Assembly (NCBI GenBank): GCA_000092065.1
Contig: CP000583.1
Origin: Ostreococcus lucimarinus
Taxonomy: Eukaryota
Reading direction: 5' to 3' (one strand)
DNA length: 64,000 bases
Shown here: positions 20,285 through 30,000 of the stretch, piece by piece
How positions within the stretch are numbered: the first letter of the stretch is position 1
Layout of the letters: each line of letters opens with the position of its first letter
Translations under genes and position numbers: made by a program
The notes under the pieces: generated by a model
Databases searched by the model: none
Seen by the model: the letters and a program-made list of their open reading frames with translations, nothing else
What the model was told of the DNA's origin: nothing

Positions 20285-21715
20285 ATGGCGTCGACGCACG
20301 CGTGCGCGTCGCGATTGACGGCGAGACGCGCGGGGAGTTTGAATGGTAAGGTTTTGCGGGCGCGCGCGACGGGCGGGGCGCGCGCGCGACGGGCGTGCGA
20401 GGCGAGGGCGGAGATCAAGGAGATCTTCATGCCGGCGCTGTCGTCGACGATGACGGAGGGGAAGATCGTGAGCTGGTTGATGGGCGAGGGGGACGCGATC
20501 GGGAAGGGGGACGCGGTCGTGGTCGTGGAGAGCGACAAGGCGGACATGGACGTGGAGTCGTTCGTGGATGGAATCATCGCGCACATCGCGGTCGGGGACG
20601 GGGAGGTGGCGACCGTGGGAGCGCCGATCGCGTACGTCGTCGATAGCGAGAGCGAGATCGAGGAGGCGAAGGCGAAGGCGGGCGGCGCGCCGGCGCCGGC
20701 GCCGGCCGCGCCGGCGGCCGCGGCGCCCGCGCCGGCGCCGGCGCCGGCGGCGCCCGCGCCGGCGGCGGCGGCGGCGGCGCCTGCACCGGCGGCGCCGGCG
20801 GCGCCGGCCGCGCCGGTGGCTTCCGGTCGCGTCGTCGCGACGCCGTACGCGAAGAAGCTCGCGAAGAAGCACAAGGTTGACCTCAAGACGCTCGCCGGTA
20901 CGGGCTTGAATGGCCGCATCACCGCGGTGGACATCGAGAACGCCGCGGGCTTGCCGCCGACGCCGAAGGCTGGCGCCGCGCCTGCCCCGGCAGCGGCCGC
21001 GGCCGCCGCACCGAAGAAGGCGGCCGCCGTCGCGCCTCCGGCGCCCGCCGGCACCGTCGTGCCGCTCTCGGGCATGCAAGCCGCCGTCGCGAAGAACATG
21101 TTGCCGTCTCTCTCAGTTCCGGTCTCCCGCATCGCGATGAGCATCTGCACCGACGAGTTCGACAAGTTGTACGCCACTCTCAAGCCGAAGGGTGTGACGA
21201 TGACCGCCTTGCTCACCAAGGCTGTCGGCGTCGCGCTCGCGCAGCACCCGATCATGTACTCCACCTACCACGACGGTAAGGGCATCGTGTACAACGACAA
21301 GGTGAACATCGCCGTCGCCGTTGCGCTCGATGATGGTTTGATCACGCCAGTCTTGAACGACACCGCCAACACCGATGTCTACCAACTCGGCCGCGAATGG
21401 AGCGGGCTCGTGAAGAAGGCGCGCAGCACTGGCTTGTCCCCGGCTGACTACGCCGGCGGTAACTTCACCATCTCCAACCTCGGCATGTTCGGCGTCGACC
21501 AATTCGACGCCATTCTCCCACCGAACCAAACCGCGATCCTGGCCGTCGGCTCTTCCAAGAAGACCGTCGTCCCGGTTGGTGGCATGATTGGCGTCAAGAG
21601 CTTCATGACGGTCAACATCGTCGCCGACCACCGTCACGTCAACGGTAACGTCGCGGCTGACTTCGGCAAGACTTTGCGCGAAGTGATCGAAAACCCTAGC
21701 AACCTGACGCTTTAA
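20285..21715 (+). CDS. Dihydrolipoamide acetyltransferase (pyruvate dehydrogenase E2), likely organellar
   Basis: Lipoyl domain (MPALSSTMTEGKIVSWL...VVVVESDKADMDVES). Ala/Pro linker. Catalytic DHRHVNG motif. ATG 20285 (MASTHACASRL..., transit-peptide-like). Confidence 0.9.
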   Translation: MASTHACASRLTARRAGSLNGKVLRARATGGARARRACEARAEIKEIFMPALSSTMTEGKIVSWLMGEGDAIGKGDAVVVVESDKADMDVESFVDGIIAHIAVGDGEVATVGAPIAYVVDSESEIEEAKAKAGGAPAPAPAAPAAAAPAPAPAPAAPAPAAAAAAPAPAAPAAPAAPVASGRVVATPYAKKLAKKHKVDLKTLAGTGLNGRITAVDIENAAGLPPTPKAGAAPAPAAAAAAAPKKAAAVAPPAPAGTVVPLSGMQAAVAKNMLPSLSVPVSRIAMSICTDEFDKLYATLKPKGVTMTALLTKAVGVALAQHPIMYSTYHDGKGIVYNDKVNIAVAVALDDGLITPVLNDTANTDVYQLGREWSGLVKKARSTGLSPADYAGGNFTISNLGMFGVDQFDAILPPNQTAILAVGSSKKTVVPVGGMIGVKSFMTVNIVADHRHVNGNVAADFGKTLREVIENPSNLTL

Positions 21716-21847
21716 GTCGAAACTTTGGTGTTAGTAGGGCGTAGCGAGGTGATTCATTAATACACAATTTCGTTTGTATTCAACTTTTTAGACGCGTTCA
21801 ATCAAATGCGGCACAATTTTCGCGGATTGCGAGCGACCCTAGTATAT

Positions 21848-23230
21848 TTAAAGCTGCGAGGACGACCAAGACTTGGCGACGGCATCGAGAAGGCGTTCGT
21901 GAAGTGCGCTAGATGCGGCGATGATACCGCGATCCAACCCTTCGATGTAACGCCCGCCGGCAAAATTGAGCGGCGCGCCACCAGCGTCAGACACCCGACC
22001 ACCCGCCTCCTCGACGAGAATCACGCCCGCGGCGTGATCCCAAATCTTTTCTCTGTACCCAGCCTTGGGAAACTTCATGAAAACGTCTGCATCGGCTCGC
22101 GCCACAGAGCCGTACTTGACTTGAGAATAAATGCGCAACGGTTTGCACTCGATACCGAGGTTGGTTGCCACCGCCGCCGTGAAACCCTGAGACGAGTTCG
22201 CCTTCATCACCGGCTCGGTGAATTTGGCTTTTTGGGGATCGAAAGCACCGCTGACCGTCACCTTACTCGGTTCAAAGTTTAGCTCCTCGTCAACAGGGAA
22301 CATGTATGACCCATGGCCGCGCACGGCGGTGAAAATACAGCCCTTGTACCAACCGAGCGAGTCGCCTGCGAGCATCTTTGACACCAACCTCGGCGAAAAG
22401 CCGTAACTGTAACTCGTCTCAAATTCCAATACGTCTCCTTGCTTGGGCATGTTCGGGCACCCCATGACCCCAACCTTCAAATCGCCTTCGTCCATCAGCG
22501 CCAGCGCGATGGCGTACTGATCACCTCGCACGAAACCGAGCGTCCCGTCCACCGGATCCAAAATCCAATGCTTGCCCTTTGCCCCGCCCGTACTCTTTCC
22601 TTTATTGATCGCGCTCACCACGTCTTGCGAGCTCAATTCCACGGCATCATCCCCAATGTGAGTCTTCAACGTCTTATTCACCAACGCCACGATCTTCGCC
22701 AGCGTCGCGGCGCCGCCTTCGCCGCCTTCGGTGAGCGCCTCGGCGTCCTCCTCGCCGACGAGCGTCATATCCGGAAAGTCTTGCGAGATTCGCCTGTTCG
22801 TCATCCGCGTCGCGCTTTTCGTCAGTCTCCGCGCCCGATCGCGACTTAGAAATGTTTACGCGTCCATCGTCGCCGCGATCGCCATCGTCGCTCGCCATCG
22901 CGCGTACCACACGATTATTGCCTGCGCCGCGTAGTCGGCGAGCGTCACGAGCGATCGATCCTCCTTCGTCTCCGCCTGTTCGTCCATGCGCATCAGCTGC
23001 GCCTGCACCTCCTGACACAGCGTGCTCGCCAAACGAACGGCGTCGAGCGCGGTCTCGAGCTCGCGGGCGTAGGCGCCGCCGTCGATGCCGAGCGACGCCG
23101 CGGTGTCGGACGCCGACGCCGCCGCGCGCGAGCGACGGGAAAGCGTCGAGCGCGCGCGATCGCGCTGGATTCGGGACGCGCGCGCGGGCGCGTGGGTCGC
23201 GCGCGATGCGCGGGCGGCGGTGGTCGACAT
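21848..23230 (-). CDS. SAL1/HAL2-like 3'(2'),5'-bisphosphate nucleotidase, 2 exons
   Basis: Exon 1 is 23230..22908 (LETALDAVRLASTLCQEVQAQLM...VTLADYAAQAIIVW). Intron is 22907..22794 (GTACGC...ACTGAC...ACAG). Exon 2 is 22793..21848 (WILDPVDGTLGFVRGDQYAIALALM, inositol monophosphatase family). The splice restores a continuous alignment to SAL1. Confidence 0.8.
22794..22907 (-). other. Spliceosomal intron of SAL1-like gene
   Basis: GTACGC donor, GAGACTGAC branch, ACAG acceptor. Splicing restores SAL1 colinearity. Confidence 0.75.
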
Positions 23231-23312
23231 CGGGGCCGACGAGCGAGCGCGCGCGGGCGTGTGCGGGGCGAGAAAGCAGGGGTAGGTTTGTCGCGCGCTT
23301 TATCGTACACGT

Positions 23313-23993
23313 CTACGCCGGTTGCTCGGAACGAGGCGGGCTCTCCTCGTCGAAGCACACCCTGATCGACACGCCCTTGGCGTCTAAATCCCACGCCATG
23401 GTGTAACACGCGGCCACTAAGGCGAGCACGGCGAGCCACTCGCAAAAACCTATGAGCGAATACGCCGTCCGGCTCTCGTCCTTGCCCACGAGCGCCGAGA
23501 GCGCGGTGAATCCGCCGACGCCCAATCCCGCGAACGCCAATCCCGCGACTTTCGCGCGCATGCTGAATCGACTCACCGCGTCTTCGTGTTTTCTCAACTG
23601 CGCGACGACGCACGCGAGCCATATCCACAGCGCGAACAAGAATCCAAACGCCGCCGTCACGTGCGCGCCGAACGATTCCCCATAGTTTATCGCCGCCGTC
23701 AGCGCCAAGCATATCGCCGCCACGTACCCCACTCGCGCGCTCCTTCGCCCGTGCGCGCGCCATCGCGCATCGCTCGTCGCGTATCGATCCAAATATACCT
23801 TCACGACCGCCACCATGAAGAACAGCACCCACGACGCGAATCCCAGCGCGAATTCGCTCACCGCGCTCTGCGGCGTCCCCGTGAACGTCTCGGAGATGAT
23901 CGGGAACACGTTCGTCGCGATCGCGCTCTGCGACGTCGCGAACGCGTAGGTGGTGACGATGCACGCCACCGTGCTCGCGCACGCGACGCGCAC
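23313..23993 (-). CDS. Frag1/DRAM/Sfk1-family multi-pass membrane protein
   Basis: N-terminal motif ...PIISETFTGTPQSAVSEF... resembles the family ISDTG..PE motif. Six hydrophobic segments. No in-frame ATG at the ORF 5' end, so an upstream exon is possible. Confidence 0.4.
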   Translation of the reverse strand: MRVACASTVACIVTTYAFATSQSAIATNVFPIISETFTGTPQSAVSEFALGFASWVLFFMVAVVKVYLDRYATSDARWRAHGRRSARVGYVAAICLALTAAINYGESFGAHVTAAFGFLFALWIWLACVVAQLRKHEDAVSRFSMRAKVAGLAFAGLGVGGFTALSALVGKDESRTAYSLIGFCEWLAVLALVAACYTMAWDLDAKGVSIRVCFDEESPPRSEQPA

Positions 23994-24449
23994 GAGCGCG
24001 CTCGCGGAGATCTGGTCGTCGAAAGTCGCGCTCGGTCAGCGCCTCGTCGTCGCCTCGTCGGCGCGCGTCCGCGCGTCGCGCGCGCGCGCCTCGACGCGTC
24101 GCGCCGCGGGGCGTCGCGGAGGGCGTCGCGTCGCGCGCGCCGTCGCACCTCGTCGCCGGACGCCGCGCCGGGCGCCATCGCGCGTCGTCGTCTGTCGCGC
24201 GCGTTTCGCGACGCACTGCGCGACGCGCGTCGGGCATGGAGCCGCGCGCGCGCGGCGCGGCGGCGCGGCGGGGGAAGGCCAAGGTGCGCCGCGACGAGAC
24301 GCGCGACGCGCGACGCGCGACGCGCGCGACGAGGGCGCGCGCGACTGATTTCGATTTGATTCGCGACGCAACAGCTCGACGCATTTCGCGCGCGGGAACG
24401 CGGCGACGCGCGCGCGGACGCGTCGAACGATGGACGACGGACGATTGAC

Positions 24450-26165
24450 TTGGCGCGCGCGACGCGCGACGGCGCGCGCGACGCGCGAAGCTCGAGCGAC
24501 GGCGCGGTGGACGCGACGACGACGGCGACGGCGACGACGGCGGCGGCGGCGGCGCGCGCGACGGACGACGCGAGCGAAGACGCGAGCGAAGACGCGCGGG
24601 ATGAGTTCGAGGAAATGCGAGGGGTGCTCGAGCGCGCGCGAGCGGAGGCGCGTCGGGCGCGAGAGGAGACGGCGATGGTGAAGGCGGAGCTCGCGGTGCT
24701 GAGGCGGAGCGCGAAGGAGGCGAAAATGTCGGCGGACGCGGCGAAGGGCGCGGCGGACGAAGCGAGCGGGAGTCGAGCGGTGTTGGAGGCGCGCGCGGTG
24801 GAGGCGGAAGAGGCGCGAGAGAGAGCGGAGAAGGCGCTCGATGCGGCGGAGACGGAGGCGAGGGAGGCGCGACTCGCGCTGGACGCGGCGCTCGCCGAGT
24901 CGGAGGAAGCGAGAGCGGCGCGGGCGGACGTAGAACGACGATTAGAGGTCGCCACCGCGCGAGCGACGGACGAGGAGCGAGAAAAGTCACGTTTCGATGA
25001 AATTATTCGCGAACGCGACGCGGCGCTGCGCGCGAGCGAGACCGCGAACGCGAGATCGCGAAGTTTAGAATCCGCGTTGGCGGAGTCGCGCGAGGAGCAG
25101 CTTCGCGCCGAGGAGGAAGCTATGCAGCTTCGGCGAGATTTAGACGAGAGCCGCGAGGAGCGACGACGCGCTCGCAGTGACGGCGCAATTTCGGCCGTGA
25201 ACGACGACGGGACGAGCGCGGGCGACGTGGACCGGCGAAGGGGGCAATTTGTCGCCGACGAGGACATCGCGGCGCAGCAGGAGGAAAAGTACGCCTTGCT
25301 CGCCGAGTTACAAACGGAACGTCGCCGTCGCATCGAAGTCGAGGCCGAGCTCGAGGACGTGATTAACACGCAAAATGATATGAATGCGCGCGCGGAAACC
25401 GCATCGCGCATCGCCGCGGTGGCGGAAGGCGAGGCGGACGATTACCGCGCGCGCGTATCGGAGACGGAAAAGGCGACGAGGGCGGCGAAACGTTCGGCGA
25501 CGGCGTTCGAGAGCCGCGCGGTGAAGGCGGAGAGCGCCATCGCTGCCGTCAAGCTCGTTATCGGCGAATCCGAAGACGCGAAGCACAGCGACGACGAGCT
25601 GCACCTCCGCGTCCGAGCGTACGTCGATCGCAAGACGCGGCGGGCGGACGCCGCGCTCGCCGACGCCCTGGAAGAGGCCCAACTTTTGCGCTCAAAGGCG
25701 AAACAGATGGGTGAATCCCGCGTCACCGACGCCGCGAGCGTCGACGACCGCGTGCTCAAACTCGCGGAAGTTCGCGACAAGCTCGTGGAAGAGATGAACG
25801 CCCAATCCGCCGAACTCGAACGCGCCGACGCCGAGATCGAGACCCGCGCCGACGCCGTCGCCGCCGCGCGCGACGAAATCACCGACCTCGAGCTCAAGCT
25901 CGCCTCTTCCAACGCTCAAAACGCGCGTCTGATCGAAATCATCGAGGAACAGGGCCGATGGTCCGCCGCCGAGCCGTCCTCGAGCGTCTCCGCGTCCTCC
26001 GCGGCGCGCGCCGCCGTCTCCGCCCCCGTCACCCCCGTCAAATTCGCGCCTCGTCGCGCCGACGTTCGCCGTCGAGACCTCGCCGCCGACGTCCTCGGCG
26101 ATCGCAAGGCGCTTCTCGCTCGCATCGAGGCGCGCTTGCTCGAGATTCACGCGCTCCAACGTTAA
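24450..26165 (+). CDS. Charged coiled-coil protein (E/R/A-rich); start unresolved
   Basis: Long heptad-like E/R/A/L-rich sequence without low-complexity collapse. No ATG at the ORF start. Confidence 0.35.
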   Translation: MARATRDGARDARSSSDGAVDATTTATATTAAAAARATDDASEDASEDARDEFEEMRGVLERARAEARRAREETAMVKAELAVLRRSAKEAKMSADAAKGAADEASGSRAVLEARAVEAEEARERAEKALDAAETEAREARLALDAALAESEEARAARADVERRLEVATARATDEEREKSRFDEIIRERDAALRASETANARSRSLESALAESREEQLRAEEEAMQLRRDLDESREERRRARSDGAISAVNDDGTSAGDVDRRRGQFVADEDIAAQQEEKYALLAELQTERRRRIEVEAELEDVINTQNDMNARAETASRIAAVAEGEADDYRARVSETEKATRAAKRSATAFESRAVKAESAIAAVKLVIGESEDAKHSDDELHLRVRAYVDRKTRRADAALADALEEAQLLRSKAKQMGESRVTDAASVDDRVLKLAEVRDKLVEEMNAQSAELERADAEIETRADAVAAARDEITDLELKLASSNAQNARLIEIIEEQGRWSAAEPSSSVSASSAARAAVSAPVTPVKFAPRRADVRRRDLAADVLGDRKALLARIEARLLEIHALQR

Positions 26166-26208
26166 TTCACGCGCGACCGACCGCCCACCAGCCGCCATTC
26201 GAGACGAT

Positions 26209-26511
26209 TCACCGCTCGCGCTCGAACGCGCGCTCGGCGTCCTCGTACGCCTCTCGCACGCGATCGCACACCGAGATGACGTCCAACAGCGCGTCCCGCA
26301 TCGCGCCCTGCGCCGTCGTCCCGTTCGCGCCCGTCGTCTGCACGCGCACGCGCGCCTCGCGCTTCATCGGATGCGGCACCGAGTACCCGCACAGCGCGAC
26401 GTCCGCGTTGCCGTTCAGCGCGTGTCGCAGCGCGTTCGCCAGCGTGTGGTCCTCGCCCGCGAGCGTGAAGGTGGCCTCGTTGGACGTCGCGGCGCGGCGC
26501 GGCGCCGTCAT
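26209..26511 (-). CDS. DNA-directed RNA polymerase I/III subunit RPAC2 (AC19, Rpb11-like)
   Basis: TFTLAGEDHTLANALRHALNGNADVALCGYSVPHP matches the RPB11/AC19 dimerisation motif. ATG 26511. Confidence 0.7.
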   Translation of the reverse strand: MTAPRRAATSNEATFTLAGEDHTLANALRHALNGNADVALCGYSVPHPMKREARVRVQTTGANGTTAQGAMRDALLDVISVCDRVREAYEDAERAFERER

Positions 26512-27022
26512 GGCGACGACGACGAGTGCGGGGGCGAGGGACGCGGTTCGAGGACGCGTCGTCTCGGCGACGCGAGGCGCGGGAGACGGGCGGCGACGCG
26601 CGGCGACGCGCGCGGGACGGCCGGGACGGATGCACGTGCCGAGCGACGCGTTTCAGGGACGGTCGCCGGAGATCGCGGCGAGGGACGCGCTCGGGAGGCT
26701 GTTCACGGCGGTGGCGGCGCGCGCGACGCTGGCGGAGACGCTCGAGCGCGAGGGCGCGGAGAGCGAGACGTATCTGGCGTTGAAAGCGTACGTGGACGCG
26801 CATCCGATCGGGAGGGACGGGAACGATTGGTTGCGGGGACTGATGGCGCGCGACGACGCGGGGAGTCGCGCGGCGGGGTTGCGCGTGTTGGAGGCGCGAG
26901 AGACGTACGCGAACGAGGTGTTTTCGTTCGAGGAGGTGCGGGAGATGGTGGAGAAGGCGGTGACGGAGGAAAACGATAAGTTGATGGCGGATTACGTGAA
27001 GAGAATGCTGCCGAAAATGTAA
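26510..27022 (+). CDS. Small alpha-helical protein with RbcX-like similarity (tentative), possible plastid transit peptide
   Basis: C-terminal 130 aa (from ATG 26630, MHVPSDAF...) loosely match the RbcX core (DGNDWLRGL...AGLRVLEARETYANEV...EEVREMVEKAVTEEN). The in-frame upstream ATG at 26510 adds an Ala/Arg/Thr-rich leader. Confidence 0.3.
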   Translation: MATTTSAGARDAVRGRVVSATRGAGDGRRRAATRAGRPGRMHVPSDAFQGRSPEIAARDALGRLFTAVAARATLAETLEREGAESETYLALKAYVDAHPIGRDGNDWLRGLMARDDAGSRAAGLRVLEARETYANEVFSFEEVREMVEKAVTEENDKLMADYVKRMLPKM

Positions 27023-27074
27023 GCTATGAGTACAGATTAATGAATATTACACTATGACTATGAATGCGTCGCGT

Positions 27075-30000
27075 TCAGCACAAGTAACCGCGACAGTTGT
27101 CGGCGCCGCAATAGCACGGCACTTTGCCGTCTTCGCTTTCGAATCTGTAGTTGTACGTCAGCTCTTCCCCGGGCCGAACGTCGGTTCGAGCGAAAAAGAT
27201 GATGTGATTCGCGTCGTCTACTTTGACGATTTTTGAGTACATGTTCGGGTTGCAGCTGTGATTGGTGAATCGCGCAAAGTTTCCTTGAAACGTGCAATCG
27301 ACGACGGTGTCGTCGTCTTGTTTTAAGAGGTAGCAATCCACTCCGTTATCTTCGTAAAAGGTTTCGCGAAGATCCGCGACGGTGCTTCGACACGTCTCGC
27401 CTTTGAACTGCGTGACGATGGAACCCGCCTTGTGGAAAACCTTGGCCACCAGTCCCCATCCGTGTATGTTGGATTTGGCGAACGTGAGTCTATCGGAGTA
27501 CGACGCCGTCATTTGTTCGAGCTTCTCTCGCATCGTGAGCCCATGCTGTTCGACGACTTTATCATCCGAAGCGCCGTTCACGCCCCTAGCCTTGCGCTCC
27601 GCTTGTACCGCCGCAAACTCTTCGGGCGTGTACTTTTTTGAAGCAATCAACTCGCGCTTGAAGGCGCCTCGCGACCCGCGCACGATGTACGGCGTAAGTC
27701 CGACGTACAGACGTTTTCCTGTCTTCGGCGGTGGTCCCGTAACCTTGGCGTTTTTGTCGTTTTTATTCAATCCAAGACGCTTGTACACGTTGGCTTGAAT
27801 TTCTTCGAGCTGCTTGCGGCTGAGATTTCTCTGGTGTCCGAGCGATTTGGCGGACAGGTCAACGGTTTTTTCGCGCCGGATTTCGCATCCCCACACCTCG
27901 AGCCATTTTCCAAGCGACATTACCGTTCGGTTATTGAGGACGACTCTGATGTGATGGCTCCACTTCTTCGGTCCTTTCACTCCAATGTGGGCTTCAAACC
28001 GCGACCTCTCGTGGTACACCGGCCCTTGGTCGCTATCGACGCACGCTCGACACAGACATTCGATTCGTCGCGTTTGTACGTGATATGTCCCAGATACACC
28101 TTTGCATACGACGCTCACCATCGCTGGCAAGTCATCGGGAACGTGCGTACGAACGGCGTCTTCGTCTTCCGATTCTTCGTCGTCTGAACCCTCCATGTAC
28201 GGAGCGTTATCACCAAGCGCGATGCGTCGATCGATCTCGTCGTCCTCAAACTCTTGAGGCACTGAACACACCGAAAATGCGGCTTCAGGATTTTTCTGAC
28301 ACGTCCACATGTCGGCATCATCGGCAGATAACTTCTCCGCAAAACTTTGAGGGACGCGCCGCCACTTCCCGCACGACGGGTTCTCGCACTGCACCCAAGC
28401 CTCTTTCTCACGAGGCTTTTTCGGCCGCCCGAGTTCCGCGATCTTGGCGCGGTCTGCGGGATTAGACGGTCGTTTTGCTGATGTAAATTGTGCGTTGGCG
28501 ATCGCCAGTTGCGTCTCAAGTTGTGTGTTTTTGCCAGAGCTTAATTTTGCGGCTTCAGGCAAAAACGACAAATCCGGTGCCTCGCCATCGACGAATTTCA
28601 AATTTTGCGCATCACGCGTAAACGATATCATCAAGTCTGTCCCATCGTCGAAAATGACTTTATACCGAATGCCAGTGCGCGTTATCGTGACGTCAATCAT
28701 CGTTCCGTCTTTCCAGTCCGGTGCGAGAATGGTACCGGTGTCGATTTGCACGCGGCGTCCAACGAGAGCTCTTGCTCGAGTCTCTTCGCCGCTCTTATCT
28801 TCCAACTTGTCGTCTTCAAATGTTCCCAGACCGAGACCGAGGAGTGCGTGCGTACGCGAAGCTTTGGGCCGTTGGGCTTTTGGTTTTGCCGACATCGACG
28901 CAACCTTGGCCGTTTTTCCAGTATTCGCGAGCACGACGATATTGTGATCGGTAAGCCAATCACCGAAAGCTTGCTCGCCACCGTTATCGTCGACGACGAC
29001 TCTGATTGACGTTTTCCATTTCTTGGTGTGCTTCATACCCGCGTGCTGCTCCCATCTGTTCGCTTCCCACAGAGTCGTCGCGTCAGAGTTCGTGGCTTCG
29101 GCCTCACGTCTGCACCGTCCGCAGAGACATTTGATCAACGTATCTGCTGGTCTAAATATTCCTCTAAACGTCTTGCAGTAAATGTTTACTTCGGGAATAT
29201 CCGGACGCGGAACGTTTCCTTCAGGTACGGGTAAGCCGCCGGGAAGTGCCGGGTACTTTGCTTCCGGCAACTTTGCTTGCAGCGCCAACGTCGCACTCTG
29301 AGGTGAGCTCTCGGAACGCTCTGATACGGTTTTACGTCTCTTTGATTCCGGAAACGTCGTTGAGGGATCTAATTTGGCATCGGCATCCTCCACGGCATCC
29401 TCGGCGTCTGTTTTACCGCCTTCGGCATTGTCGTCGTCGTCGTCGTCTGTTGGATCGGCGTCGTACTCAACGTCGAGATCTGTCGAGAGTTCTGCGTCGT
29501 CGTCGTCGTCGTCATCCTGCAATAAGTCTTCAGTAGTTTCCATGGTATCGACGCGTTGATGCGCGATGACGTCGTCTTTTGTATGCACCATGTCTGTATC
29601 AGCACGTTCCGTCATGTCGTCGTCGTCGTCGTCATCCTCGTCGTCGTCGTCGTCGTCGTTCTCGTCCTCGTCGTCCGCGTGCAAGACCCGTTTACGAACT
29701 CGATACTTCTTCGTTCCTGACCCGGGAGCGTCGGGATTTTCTTCGTTTTCGTCCTTGATGTCCGCCTCCGTCCTCGGATGACCAAGTTGCTCGTAACGAC
29801 GGAACTTTGCGCAGTTCATGAAGTCTGTCTCAGAGTCTGAGCTCAACTCTGGCTCATCAGCGAGCGTCGCGGATGCTTCTCGTCTCTCGCGCTCTTCTGT
29901 TTCCGCGCGCATCTCCGCCTTGGTACGTTTTCGTTCCTTATTGGCACCACACTCCAACAGCCGTCCCTCCTGGCCGATCTTCAAGCCCTCTGTGCCGGCG

